Positions 1-11,739 of a stretch of 64,000 bases of DNA are shown in pieces. A program made the position numbers and the translations under genes. Source of the stretch: Octopus sinensis. Lineage: Eukaryota. Position 1 is the first letter of the stretch. Each line of letters opens with the position of its first letter. The stretch is taken from the NCBI RefSeq assembly GCF_006345805.1, contig NC_043014.1, positions 11,656,001 through 11,720,000 on the forward strand. Reading direction: 5' to 3'. The notes beneath the pieces are model-generated. The model did not search any database, was not told where the DNA came from, and saw only the letters and a program-made list of their open reading frames with translations.

Positions 1-184
1 CACCCTTGGGTGCATAATCATTCTATTAAATGTGTTTACGGGAAGAGAAATATTAAGAAAAAGAAATACATGTCAGAGTGATAAAGAAACGAAGAAGATA
101 TCAGGTGGTCGTGAGATACGCTAAAAACAATAGCTAAATCGCCCTCAAATCACACACAATTTATTTTTTTAAATGCAATCTATA

Positions 185-572
185 GGCGCAGGCGTGGCTG
201 TGTAGTAAGAAACTTGCTTCCCAACCACATGGTTCCAGGTTCAGTCCCCCTGCCAGGCATCTTGGACAATCTTCTACTGTAGCGTCGGGCCGACGGAAAT
301 TGAAAGCCCGTCGTACACACACACACACACACACACACGTATATATCCATGTGTGTGTGTCTTTGTTTCTGTTTGTCCCCCATCACCACTTGACAACCGG
401 TGCTGGTGTGTTTACGTTCCCGTAACATAACAGTTCGGCAAAAGAGGCCGATGAAATAAGTACTGGGCTTAAGGTATAAGTCCTCGGGTCGACTTGTTCG
501 ACTTAAAGCCCTTCAAGGCGGTGCTCCAGTATGGCCGCAGTCAAATGACTGAAACTCGTAAGAGAATAAAAG
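185..572 (+). mobile_element. SINE family A (tRNA head, CORE-like centre, internal microsatellite), variant tail
   Basis: A-box GTGGCTGTGTAG, B-box GGTTCAGTCCC, CCTTGGACAAT CORE-like motif, (CA)n, tail CAGTCAAATGACTGAAAC; matches more than 20 other copies in the window by eye. Confidence 0.85.
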
Positions 573-663
573 AACAAGAGAAGAGTACGAATTCCCGTAT
601 GTAGAACATAAATTCCCAAAATATTTCTGAAAATCCCCCCAAAATAATAATAAACAGTTACGA

Positions 664-1160
664 GAGGAGTGGCTTTGTCGTAAGTAGCTTGCTTACCAAC
701 CACATGCTTCCGGGTTCAGTCCCACTGCGTGGCACCTTGAGCAAGTGTCTTCCACTATAGCCTTGGGCCGACCAAAGCCTTGTGAGTGGATTTGGTAGAC
801 GGAAACTAAAAGAAGCTCGTCGTTATATGTATATATATAATAAAATATAAATATGATATATATAATATTATATATATATAGATATATATATAATATGTGT
901 GTGTGTGTGTGGTGTGTATGTGTACGTGTGTGTATATGTTTGTGTATCTATGTTTGTCCCCTCCCCCTAATATCACTTGACAACCGATGCTGGTGTGTTT
1001 ACGTCCCTGTGACTTAGCGGTTCGGCAAAAGACACCGATAGAATAAGTACTTGGCTTACAAAGAATAAGTTCTGGAGTCGATTTGCTCGACTAAAGGCGG
1101 TGCTCCAGCATGGTCGCAGTCAAATGACTGAAACAAGTAAAAGAGAGTAAACGAGAAAGA
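664..1160 (+). mobile_element. SINE family A, near full length
   Basis: AGGAGTGGCT..GGTTCAGTCCCACTGCGTGGCACCTTGAGCAAGTGTCTT, internal (TA)n(TG)n, tail GCAGTCAAATGACTGAAACAAGTAAAAGAG. Confidence 0.9.
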
Positions 1161-1214
1161 GTGTTATATGGGGTGCTTTAAAGCAGAATTCTTCTCCATT
1201 TTAATAAAAAATAA

Positions 1215-1455
1215 ATGCGCCCTTTTAAAGCCTAGCCAGGTTCATGGGCCCAGTTTCCCGGTTTCAATGGCGTATGTGTTCCCCACCTGGACGGGATGCC
1301 AGTCCATCGCAGCGTTACTCATTTTTGCCAGCTGAGTGGACTGGAGCAACGTGAAATGAAGTGTTTTGCTCAAGAACACAACGCGTCGCCCGGTCCAGGA
1401 ATCGAAACCACAATCTTACGATCATGGTGCTGACACCCTAACCACTAAACCACGC
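1215..1455 (-). mobile_element. SINE family C (tRNA head, V-domain-like GCGATGGACTGGCATCCCGTCCAGG)
   Basis: Reverse complement reads GAGGGGCGTGGTTTAGTGGTTAGGGTGTCAGCACCATGATCGTAAG..TCGATTCCTGGACC; same family as 36768-37025 and 49485-49732. Confidence 0.85.
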
Positions 1456-1744
1456 CCCTCCATTTTACTGTACATAAATTTTAACCCCAAAATCTTATGC
1501 GTACCCTCAAGGGTCCCGTGAACCCCGCCTGAGAACCACTGCTGTTGATAACAAATAAAGTTGTCAGTGAAGCTGCCAATTTATTTGTTATTGGGTTGAT
1601 ACGGTGGTTGCTGGAAGGAGGTGAAGATAGCAGGAATAATTCTTTCTAATTTTTGAACAAGGCAAGAAAATTTAGGGAGAGGGGCAAGTCGATCAGACGG
1701 ACCCCGGTGCCTGGGTGGAACTATTTTATCAATCTCGGGGAGAT

Positions 1745-1865
1745 TGGGGTATCGGGAGGGAGATGTTTGTTTGTATGTGTGTGTCTGTGTATACATGTTT
1801 GTTTGTGTGTGTGTGTATATTTATATATGTATTATTATATATATATATATTATATTATATATATA

Positions 1866-1914
<49 letters not shown>

Positions 1915-2281
1915 ACACATCAGTATATGTATACATACATATACACACACACACACACACATATATGATACATGTATATATACATACATCTATACAGATA
2001 AACATACGTATATACATACATACATACACACACACACACAAAGACATACCTATTCAATTGTAAACATATTTATATATAGATAGATAGATAAATACATATA
2101 TGTATATATCTATCTACACACGCACACACATATGCATACATACATACATGTATATATATCTATATATATGTTAACGCATGGATATCCCCCATGTATATAA
2201 ATGTGTGTATGTGTGTTTGTGTGTGTGTGTGTGTGTATGTGTACGTTGTACATGTTTCTCTCTATATAGGTGTATTATTTG

Positions 2282-2322
<41 letters not shown>

Positions 2323-2400
2323 ATGTATGTATGTGTTTGTATACATTTACAAACACACACACACACACACCCATACACACACACTTTTCAGAAACAGACA
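1745..2400. repeat. compound (TG)n/(TA)n/(CATA)n microsatellite
   Basis: direct inspection. Confidence 0.95.
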
Positions 2401-2939
2401 TAAAAATTAGAGAGTGGGAAAGGTCCTTTCATGAATTGAGAGTTACTGATAAACGTTGCAAGCGACGAAGATTAAAAAAAAAATATATATATATACACAT
2501 ATATAAATTTATAAAAGGGTGAATGAGTAGCACAAACAATAAGTACAAAATAAACGCAAAAAAAAAATCAAAGTGAACAAATAAATATACAATAATAAAT
2601 AAATAAATAAATAAATGATTACAAGAGCTTACTGCAGGGGTGGGAGGGATAGCAGTCACGTGAGAAAGTAGAAGGAAGAGAAATGCACAGAAGCTAAGAA
2701 GAATAGAGAGAGGGTGGCAAGGGAGAGAATAAAAAAAGACAAGGAAAGCAACAAGGAAAAACCAGATGGTTGTTCAGTTAACGATAGTGTTAGTTAAAGC
2801 AGAACAACGTGTAGCTAATACGGACAGTTATAAGCACACACACAGTAGGGGTGAAGTCGATTAGAAAGAGCATAAGAGATAGTGAAATTGGATAGATACA
2901 GAGTTGAATGTATCTAGGAGATATCCCTTGCCATATGGT

Positions 2940-2985
2940 GGTTCACCTATCGCGGTTCACCTATCGCGGTTCACCTATCGCGGTT
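2940..2985. repeat. 14-bp tandem repeat GGTTCACCTATCGC x3, probably the subterminal region of a Tigger/pogo-like element end
   Basis: three perfect units; the Tigger assignment rests on recalled TIR resemblance only. Confidence 0.6.
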
Positions 2986-3104
2986 TATCATTTAAGCTTG
3001 CGTCGATTTCTCCGTGGTGTTGTTTCGCGTTTATATAAAATAGAAATATAGAATAATATAATAATATAATATAATATAATACACAATAAATATATATATA
3101 TATA

Positions 3105-3491
3105 GGCGCAGGAGTGGCTGTGTGGTAGTAGCTTGCTAACCAACCACATGTTCCGGGTTCAGTCCCACTGCGTGCATCTTGGGCAAGTGTCTTCTGCTAT
3201 AGCCCCGGGCCGACCAATGCCTTGTGAGTGGATTTGGTAGACGGAAACTGAAAGAGCCTGTCGTATATATGTATATATATATATGTGTGTGGTGTGTGTT
3301 TTGTCCCCCTAGCATTGCTTGACAACCGATGCTGTGTGTTTACGGTCCCGTCACTTAGCGGTTCGGCAAAGAGACCGATAGAATAAGTACTGGGCTTACA
3401 AAGAAATAAGTCCCGGGTCGATTTGCTCGACTAAGGCGGTGCTCCAGCATGGCCGCAGTCAAATGACTGAAACAAGTAAAACAGTAAAAGA

Positions 3492-3493
<2 letters not shown>
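3105..3493 (+). mobile_element. SINE family A
   Basis: full head, centre and tail with internal TA/TG repeat. Confidence 0.9.
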
Positions 3494-3530
<37 letters not shown>

Positions 3531-3844
3531 TATATATATAATAGATATATATGTATAATGTATGTATGTATGTATGTATGTATGTATGTATGTATGTATG
3601 TATGTATACAATTGCAGCGTGGAAGGTGTTTATAAGCCATTTAAGAACACACAAAACCCTTAGATTCACTTCAACATTTAAATTTAATTTGTCAAATATT
3701 TTCGTCGCTTTGAAGTGAATCTAACGGTTTTTGTGTGTTTTCTTAAATGGCTTATAAACACCTCCACGCTGAATTGTTTTCGTTCCAGCACACGATCTCT
3801 GATCAGGTCACGTGCTATGCATTACATCTCCGTAATATTTAATA

Positions 3845-3895
<51 letters not shown>

Positions 3896-3904
3896 TTCAT
3901 CGTC

Positions 3905-4200
3905 TTTTTCAAGCCTAGCCAGGCTCATGGGCCGGGTTTCCCGGTTTCTATGGCGTATGCCCCCCCCCCCCTGGACGAGATGCCAGTCCATCGCAGCGTT
4001 ACTCAAGAAACAGGAAGAAAGAGTGAGAGAAAGTTGGGGCGAAAAGTACAACAGGGGACGTCACCACCCTCTGTCAGAGCCTCGTGGAGCTTTTAGGTGT
4101 TTTCGCTCAATAAACACACACAACGCCCGGTCTTGGAATCGAAACCGCGATCCTCCGACCGCGAGTCCGCTGCCCTAACCACTGGGCCATTGCGCCTCCA
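3905..4200 (-). mobile_element. SINE with family C tail but different head and centre (chimeric)
   Basis: 3905-4005 matches the family C tail; 4005-4200 differs but ends in a tRNA-like head (rc GTGGAGGCGCAATGGCCCAGTGGTTAGGGC..TTCGATTCC). Confidence 0.75.
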
Positions 4201-4204
4201 CTGT

Positions 4205-4910
4205 GGACAAGCATGGATGGCAATATGGAGAGAAAATCAGGATAGGGACTGTGGTTGAACTGCAGGGGTACTAAACGCGTTTCATTTGAGGTTGCTGAGT
4301 GAACGTCAGACTCTTCTTCAGAGCAGCATATAGGCCTGGGGGAAATGGGATTGTGAAAAGACATAATCAGACAATCAAGGTTATGGCCGAAAGGAGCCGA
4401 GTCTTCCCCTTTGAAGCAGTTTTCTGGAACATGTTGACCAGGACAGGACAAAATAAAGAGTCGGTCCCCAAAGAACAGTGTTCAGACATGAATGGAAATA
4501 CTTGAGCACAGTAATGCCGAGTTTCGAGGAAGAGGGACCATCCGCATCTGTTCAGATCTGGGACGAGGTTTGGGTGAAGCCACCCGGTGCGTAGTGCACG
4601 ATTAAATGGAGTGTTGAGGGTGGGAGAAGGGTTACGGAAGTGAACTTTCGAAACAATGTGTCAGTTGACGGAAACCCGCATCACATTCTCGACGTCCGTA
4701 GGGTCGTCAGCTCCTCAGACGTCGAAGGACAAGGAGGAGGTGATGCCAACACCACCACCAAAAAGGAGTAGCATATACTTAGTTGGACGGAGGACTACGA
4801 AATGGAATGAGTGTATCGGTATGTCCAAATGTGTTTGGCGAGCGGAAGGGAGCAACCAAACGAAAGGAGAAGGAAACGAAAGGAGAAGAAAGGTCTGGTG
4901 AGAAAGGGGT
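4205..4910 (+). mobile_element. Ty3/Gypsy LTR retrotransposon integrase relic
   Basis: LFFRAAYRPGGNGIVKRHNQTIK (integrase core, E to K at the acidic site), followed by VWVKPPG..RVTEVNFRNNVSVDGNPHHILDVRRV; broken by frameshifts and stops. Confidence 0.85.
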
Positions 4911-4928
4911 AAACAGAAGAGACCTTAT

Positions 4929-5348
4929 AAAGGCGGCGAGCTGGCAGAAACGTTAGCACGCCGGGCGAAATGCGTAGCCGTAATTCGTCTGCCGTTACGT
5001 TCTGAGTTCAAATTCCGCCGAGGTCGACTTGCCTTTCATCCTTTCGGTGTCGATAAACTAAGTACCAGTTTCGCACTGGGGTCGATAATATAATCGACTT
5101 AATCCGTTTGTCTGTCCTTGTTTGTCACCTCTGTGTTTAGCCCCTTGTGGATAGTAAAGAAATAGGTATTTCGTCTGCCGTTACGTTCTGAGTTCAAATT
5201 TCGCCGAGGTCGACTTTGCCTTTCTTCCTTTCGGGGTCGATTAAATAAGTACCAGTTACGCACTGGGATCGATATAATCGACTTAATCCGTTTGTCTGTC
5301 CTTGTTTGTCTCCTGTATGTTTAGCCCCTTGTGGGCAATACAGAAATA
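4929..5348 (+). mobile_element. SINE family B head-to-tail dimer
   Basis: GGCGGCGAGCTGGCAGAAACG head, B-box GAGTTCAAATTCC twice; 14-bp TSD AGAAGAGACCTTAT at 4915-4928 and 5349-5362. Confidence 0.92.
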
Positions 5349-5546
5349 AGAAGAGACCTTATTTAGCCTGAAGGGCTACGACGGACATGCGCAATTGGAG
5401 TCTCTGGGTACTCAACTCCTGGCTACTAGTTGGTGTAGTGAGAGTAAGTTCAAGTGGGGAATTGAGGGGTTCACTTCGAAGTCATTTCTAGAGGTTAAGG
5501 TTAGAGAAATTTTATCCTTTACACTACAAAAAAAAAAGTTAACTTA

Positions 5547-6016
5547 GGCGCAGGAGTGGCTGTGTGGTAAGTAGCTTGCTTACTAACCACATGGTTCCGG
5601 GTTCAGTCCCACTGCGTGGCACTTTGGGCAAGTGTCTTCTACTATAGCCTCGGGCCGACCAATGCCTTGTGAGTGGATTTGCCAGACGAAACTGAAAGAA
5701 GCCTGTCGTATATATATATATAATAGTATTATATATATATCTATATCATATATATATATATGTTGTGTGTGTGTGTGTGTGTGTGTGTGGTGTTGTGTTT
5801 GTGTGTTTGTGAGTCTGTGTTTGTCCCCCTAGCATTGCTTGACAACCGATGCTGGTGTGTTTATGTCCCCGTCACTTAGCGGTTCGGCAAAAGACACCGA
5901 TAGAATAAGTACTGGGCTTACAAAGAATAAGTCCCGGGGTCGATTTGCTCGACTAAAGGCGGTGTTCCGGCATGGCCGCAGTCAAATGACTGAAACAAGT
6001 TAAAGAGAGTAAAGAG
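5547..6016 (+). mobile_element. SINE family A
   Basis: full-length copy. Confidence 0.9.
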
Positions 6017-6629
6017 TTCGTAATTTCGTTTTTATAAGGCACAAAAAGAAAATGACTCTCCCCAGACACAACAGAATAAACTTAGTAACGTTTAATCTTA
6101 ACGGAAGAACACCCACAAAGTTTGCACCAATCTTCGAAAGTTTATTCGCAAAGTGATACGAAATATTTTAATATTTTTTAGATACAAACCTAAAGCAAGC
6201 AAAATTTATGTGCCGCCTTTCTTTTATATTTCATTTCCTTTTACTTATCTCTCTTCATTATCTTATCTCATTTGGTTGATAATTAAGCAAGAATAATTAA
6301 GCAAATTAATTATCTTAACAATTCAACTTTCATCCGAAATAGCTTTTGGTTTGTTTTTTCTACAAAAAGAAAAACATTCCTTTATAATCTGATGGACGCC
6401 TACGAAGGTGAAATTTTGAAAAACCAATTATTCAAGAAAATTATTCAATATATTTGAACTTAATGGATGGAAATCAATCGAAGGCATTCCACACGATAAT
6501 ATGATTGCAGGAGCACTAGAGAGATATGGCTTCGATAGATCAATAGCTTCGATAGATCAATGGCTTCGATAGATCATTGGCACAATTACAAAGAAAATAA
6601 AGAACGAAAATGTTCGTTCTTATGTCTTT

Positions 6630-7850
6630 GAGAAGCCATACATACATACATACATACATACATACATACGCATACGTACATACATACATCATACATACAC
6701 ACATAATACATACATCATACATACATCATACATACACACATACATACATACATACATCATACATACATACATACATATATACATACATCATACATACATA
6801 CATACATACGTACATACATACATACATCATACATACATACATACGTACATACATACATACATACATACATACGTACATACATACATACATGCATACATAC
6901 ATCATACATACATACGTACATACGGACATACATACATACATACATACATACGTACGTACATACATACATACATACATCATACATACATCATACATACGTA
7001 CATACATACATCATACATACATACATACATACATACATCATACATACGTACATACGTACATACACACACACATACATACATACATCATACATACGTACAT
7101 ACGTACATACATACATACGTACGTACATACATACATACATACATCATACATACATACGTACATACATACATACATCATACATACATACATACATACGTAC
7201 ATACGTACTTACATACATACGTACGTACATACATACATACATACATACGTACATACATACATACATACATGCATACATACATCATACATACATACGTACA
7301 TACGGACATACATACATACATACATACGTACGTACATACATACATACATACGTCATACATACATCATACATACGTACATACATACATCATACATACATAC
7401 ATACATCATACATCATACATACATACATACATACATCATACATACATACGTACATACGTACATGCATACATACATACATACATACATCATACATACATAC
7501 ATACATACGTACATACATACATGCATACATACATACATCATACATACATACATCATACATACATACATACATACATACATACATACATACATCATACATA
7601 CGTACATGCATACATCATACATACATACATACATACATACGTACTACATACATACATACATACATACATATATCATACATACATACGTACATACGTACAT
7701 ACACACACACATACATACATACATCATACATACGTACATACGTACATACATACATACGTACGTACATACATACATACATACATACATACATACATACATA
7801 CATACATACATACATACGTACATACATACATACATACATACATACATAAA
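6630..7850. repeat. about 1.2-kb degenerate (CATA)n microsatellite
   Basis: CATA units with CATCATA and CGTA variants. Confidence 0.97.
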
Positions 7851-7899
7851 TCTATTGGATTATTCGAAGCAGCGTGAATAATGAAGGAAAGTATTGTAT

Positions 7900-8465
7900 A
7901 CAGTGCTCAGGTGCACTGGAAAAAAAGGCCACCAGGTGTACTGTTGGCGGATTCCAGGAAGCATGGAAGTTTTGAAGGATGTAGTGTCTCGACAGCTAAC
8001 AACTGATGCGATAGTTTATTCCACGCTTCAGCAATTCTGAGCGTGAAAAAATGGGTGCTGTATCGTTTTTTTAAAAATTTTATAAGCATGTCTGCGAGTG
8101 TTTGTCATATGGAATTCAAAAATACCCCCAAGGATGTCGTTGGAAAGATGGTGGATAATCTTGTGGGTTCATACCAAGTCAGTTGCCAGACGTCTGAGCT
8201 TCAATGTATCCATGCCCAGGGAAGCAAAACGTTCAGTGTATGGTAGATGTCTGACGGTGAGTATTCGTTTGGTCGCACGCTTCTGACCCAGGAGATTTAT
8301 ATGCTGAGCAAGATAGAGGTTCCAGACTGGTGATGCAAATTCCAAGTGTGGACGTACCATTGAATAGATAGCTGGAGAGCGGCTGACAAAGGTCTTACTG
8401 GGTGATGCTAGCACCCTCTCAGCCTTCCAGACAATCTTAGAGATGTGGTATGTCCGAGCCAAGCG
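7900..8465 (-). mobile_element. CR1-type LINE ORF2 C-terminal relic
   Basis: MVRPHLEFASPVWN..KRATKRI..RHLPYTERFASLGMDTLKLRRLATDL and HFFTLRIAEAWNKL are typical of the CR1/L2 post-RT region. Confidence 0.88.
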
Positions 8466-9047
8466 CGAATAAAGAAACCTGCAACGAATTTATCCCAAGA
8501 TACGTAAAACACTAAAACGGAAAAAACTAATGCCGTACCTGAAGATGATGCAAATAAAGAACGTATGACCTTAAGCGGCCCCAAAGTAATGGTGGAGGCA
8601 AGAGAACTGGCCAGGGAGAAGTTGGGGCTGCTATAAAACGAAACGGCCAAGCTGGGGCATAACCTTGAAGAGTTTTGGCCAGACACCTCACACCCAAATT
8701 GACTCCAGGACTTATTATTGTCAGTCTGACATTTATTCTATCGATTTCCTTTACCGAATCAATAAGTCACGGGGACAACACCGGTTGCCAAGCGGTGGGT
8801 GGGGGACAAACACACACGCGCGCGCGCGCGACGGGCTTCTTTCAGTTTCCGCCTAGCAAATTCTCTCACAAAGCTTTGGTCGATCTAGAGCTATAGTAAG
8901 GACATTTACATGAGGCACTGTGCAGCAGGACTGAACCTGAAATCATTAAGCCGCAAAGAGAGCTGCTTAACCACACAACCAAGTACACTTTATATCAGCA
9001 ATCGCTGCCGGTCTGCACGGCTCCTTGCATGCCTTGGGCGAAATACA

Positions 9048-9200
9048 CGAGGGGGTACTAAAAAGTCTCTGGCTTTCGGTAAAAGAAAATACGGGACGAT
9101 CGTCAGTTAATTTATGATTTTATTCAACATATTGTCCTCTCAGATCCACTCACTTATTGCAGCGGCCCTTCAGTTTTTCAAAGCCCTATGAGAAAACTCG
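9048..9200 (-). mobile_element. mariner 3' end relic
   Basis: TIR-like CGAGGGGGTACTAAAAAG; minus-strand GFEKLKGRCNK*VDLRGQYVE* resembles the mariner transposase C-terminus. Confidence 0.75.
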
Positions 9201-9379
9201 GAAGGTTGAGCCTCCAACCAGGCCTTTCGCAATACTCTCAAAGCCAGGAACTTTTCAGCACCCCATCATACTACCTCTATACCTAAAGACATTCAGCATC
9301 CCATCCGACGATACGAGACAATTTTCCGTTGTATCTTTTTTCCTTATTTTATCTGTCTCCCTTAATACATCCCACCGCC

Positions 9380-9620
9380 TCCACATATCGAACCTCTGCG
9401 ACGATTTCATCTCAATCGAAGGAGAGGGGCTTTCTCCGTCCGGGTTGCGGATCCGTGGAATAAGCTGCAGGACGAGATAGTGAAGATGTCGACGACCGCT
9501 CGGTTCAAAGTCTCTCTTGATCAGAAATGGCCTGAACTCTTTGCATGAACACCCTCCCTGTACTTAACTCCATGTCCCCCTACATGCCCTTGCTTTTTGC
9601 TTTTTGAGCCAAAAAGTTAA
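9380..9620 (+). mobile_element. CR1-type LINE 3' end
   Basis: RRFHLNRRRGAFSVRVADPWNKLQDEIVKMSTTARFKVSLDQKWPELFA* followed by a short 3' UTR. Confidence 0.8.
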
Positions 9621-9748
9621 CTATTACACACACACGCACACACACATAGAAACTCAATCTAAAATGCCCGACGAACGGGAACGTGAAACGCTGAGTAGCA
9701 GTTTATTGTGACATTTTTGTAATGATTTTTGCAGCTTTAATAATAATA

Positions 9749-9835
9749 ATGCCCATGGGCATATGACGTACTGGTTAAGAGCGCAGGCTACTAACCCCAA
9801 GATTCCGAGTTCGATTCCAGGCAGTGACCTGAACA

Positions 9836-9878
<43 letters not shown>

Positions 9879-10053
9879 TAATAATAATAATAATAATAAC
9901 AACAACAACATCGAAAAATACCTTAGGAATGAGAACCCACGTTCGAAATTTCCCCCATGACACAGATGAAGGCTGGAGGGTATATCAGCTGAAATGTTGT
10001 ATTAACAACAAGCAAAATGAGGACAAATATCCGTCAAATGTAAATAATAAACA
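9749..10053 (+). mobile_element. family D composite element: tRNA-like head, (AAT)n(AAC)n, hammerhead-like Penelope-type tail
   Basis: GGGCATATGACGTACTGGTTAAGAGC..GAGTTCGATTCC head; tail homologous to 37821-37960 (minus). Confidence 0.8.
9959..10003 (+). ncRNA. degenerate minimal hammerhead motif in family D
   Basis: GACA CAGATGA A GGCTG-loop-CAGCT GAAA TG TT GTATT; U4 is mutated. Confidence 0.5.
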
Positions 10054-10074
10054 AAATTCCCCATATCTTAAATA

Positions 10075-10251
10075 TAGAAATGTACACACACACATTCATA
10101 CATACATACATACATACATATGTATGTATGTATGTATGTATGTATTATGTATAAGATGTATGTATAATATATATACACATACATATATATGTGTTGTGTA
10201 TATATATTATATATATATGTATGGATATATATATATATGTATAATGTATAG

Positions 10252-10290
<39 letters not shown>

Positions 10291-10313
10291 TATATATATA
10301 TAATATATGTATA

Positions 10314-10378
<65 letters not shown>

Positions 10379-10458
10379 ATATGTATATATTATATATATT
10401 ATATATGTATGTATAATGTATAGATATATATATATATATATATGTATGTATATATGTG

Positions 10459-10535
<77 letters not shown>
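10075..10535. repeat. (TA)n-rich microsatellite
   Basis: direct inspection. Confidence 0.95.
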
Positions 10536-10536
<1 letters not shown>

Positions 10537-10844
10537 TCTTTCATATTATGTTCAGCCCTAATCCTGTGTGTGTGTGTAAAGAATATGAGGGGTTTAGTTC
10601 ATTGAAATGCTGTGCAAGTGTTATAATTGATCATCCGATAGATTTAGAGCTCACAGCTGGTGCTGGGGATAGGGAGCCGTAGTAGGCTTCCGAGTCAGTA
10701 AGTATATATTTAAGGGAAAGAAAAAACAAAACCAAAACAGGACGAGTATCTCAGGTCATTTAGAATATTTAATTAGAGTAACGTTAATAAAAAAAGAAGT
10801 AGAAGTAATTAATGTCTTACATATATATATATCATATTATATTT

Positions 10845-11051
10845 TATACTCTTTACTCTCTTTTACTTGTTTCAGTCATTTGACTGCAGCCATGCTTGAG
10901 CACCGCCTTTAGTCGAGCAAATCGACCCCCAGGACTTATTCTTTGGAAACCTAGTACTTATTCTATCGGTGTCTTTTGCCGAACCGCTAAGTTACGGGGA
11001 CGTAAACACACCAGCATAGGTTGTCAAGCAATGCTAGGGGGACAAACACAA

Positions 11052-11088
<37 letters not shown>

Positions 11089-11251
11089 CGACATGCTTCT
11101 TTCAGTTTCCGTCTACCAAATCCACTCACAAGGCTTTGGTCGGCCCGAAGCTAAAGTAGAAGACACTTGCCCAAGGTGCCACGCAGTGGGACTGAACCCG
11201 GAACCATGTGGTTTGTAAGCAAGCTACTTACCACACAGCCACTCCTGCGCC
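10845..11251 (-). mobile_element. SINE family A
   Basis: reverse-complement full copy. Confidence 0.9.
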
Positions 11252-11261
11252 TATATTTAAT

Positions 11262-11480
11262 TTTTGAGCTGGCAGAAACGGGCGAAATGCGTAGCCGTAT
11301 TTCGTCTGCCGTTACGTTCTGAGTTCAAATTCCGCCGAGGTCGACTTTGCCTTTCATCCTTTTGGGGTCGATAAATTAAGTACCAGTTACGCACTGAGGT
11401 CGATGTAATCGACTTAATCCGTTTGTCTGTCCTTGTTTGTCCCCTCTGTATTTAGCCCCTTGTGGGTAGTAAAGAAATAT
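11262..11480 (+). mobile_element. SINE family B monomer
   Basis: GAGCTGGCAGAAACG..GAGGTCGACTTTGCCTTTCATCC..GTAGTAAAGAAAT. Confidence 0.88.
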
Positions 11481-11558
11481 AATTTATTTTTTTGATATCT
11501 TTTATATATACATATGTATGTATATATATATATATATATTATATATATATATATATAT

Positions 11559-11605
<47 letters not shown>

Positions 11606-11739
11606 TTAATATTTTTAATAGTCTTCGTACATCTGCGTAAGTTTAATTTTCGCTTTTTTATTAATGCTTTTTGGCGCACGATGCATCTTATGTAGATGTT
11701 CAAGTAAATGAATGGAAAGACAATTATCTGTGTGTGTGT

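Noticed and set aside
4268-4325. Hammerhead-like CTGAAGA..GAAACGCGTT on the minus strand
   Set aside because: No stem I or convincing stem II, and it lies inside the integrase relic; a chance match.
6610-7881. 423-aa ORF (HTYI repeats) and the many YI/CV/HT-rich ORFs
   Set aside because: These are translations of (CATA)n, (TA)n and (TG)n microsatellites, which lack stops in some frames.
9757-9835. Functional tRNA gene (apparent ACT or CTA anticodon)
   Set aside because: The acceptor and anticodon stems pair poorly and it is fused to a repeat tail; it is a SINE head.
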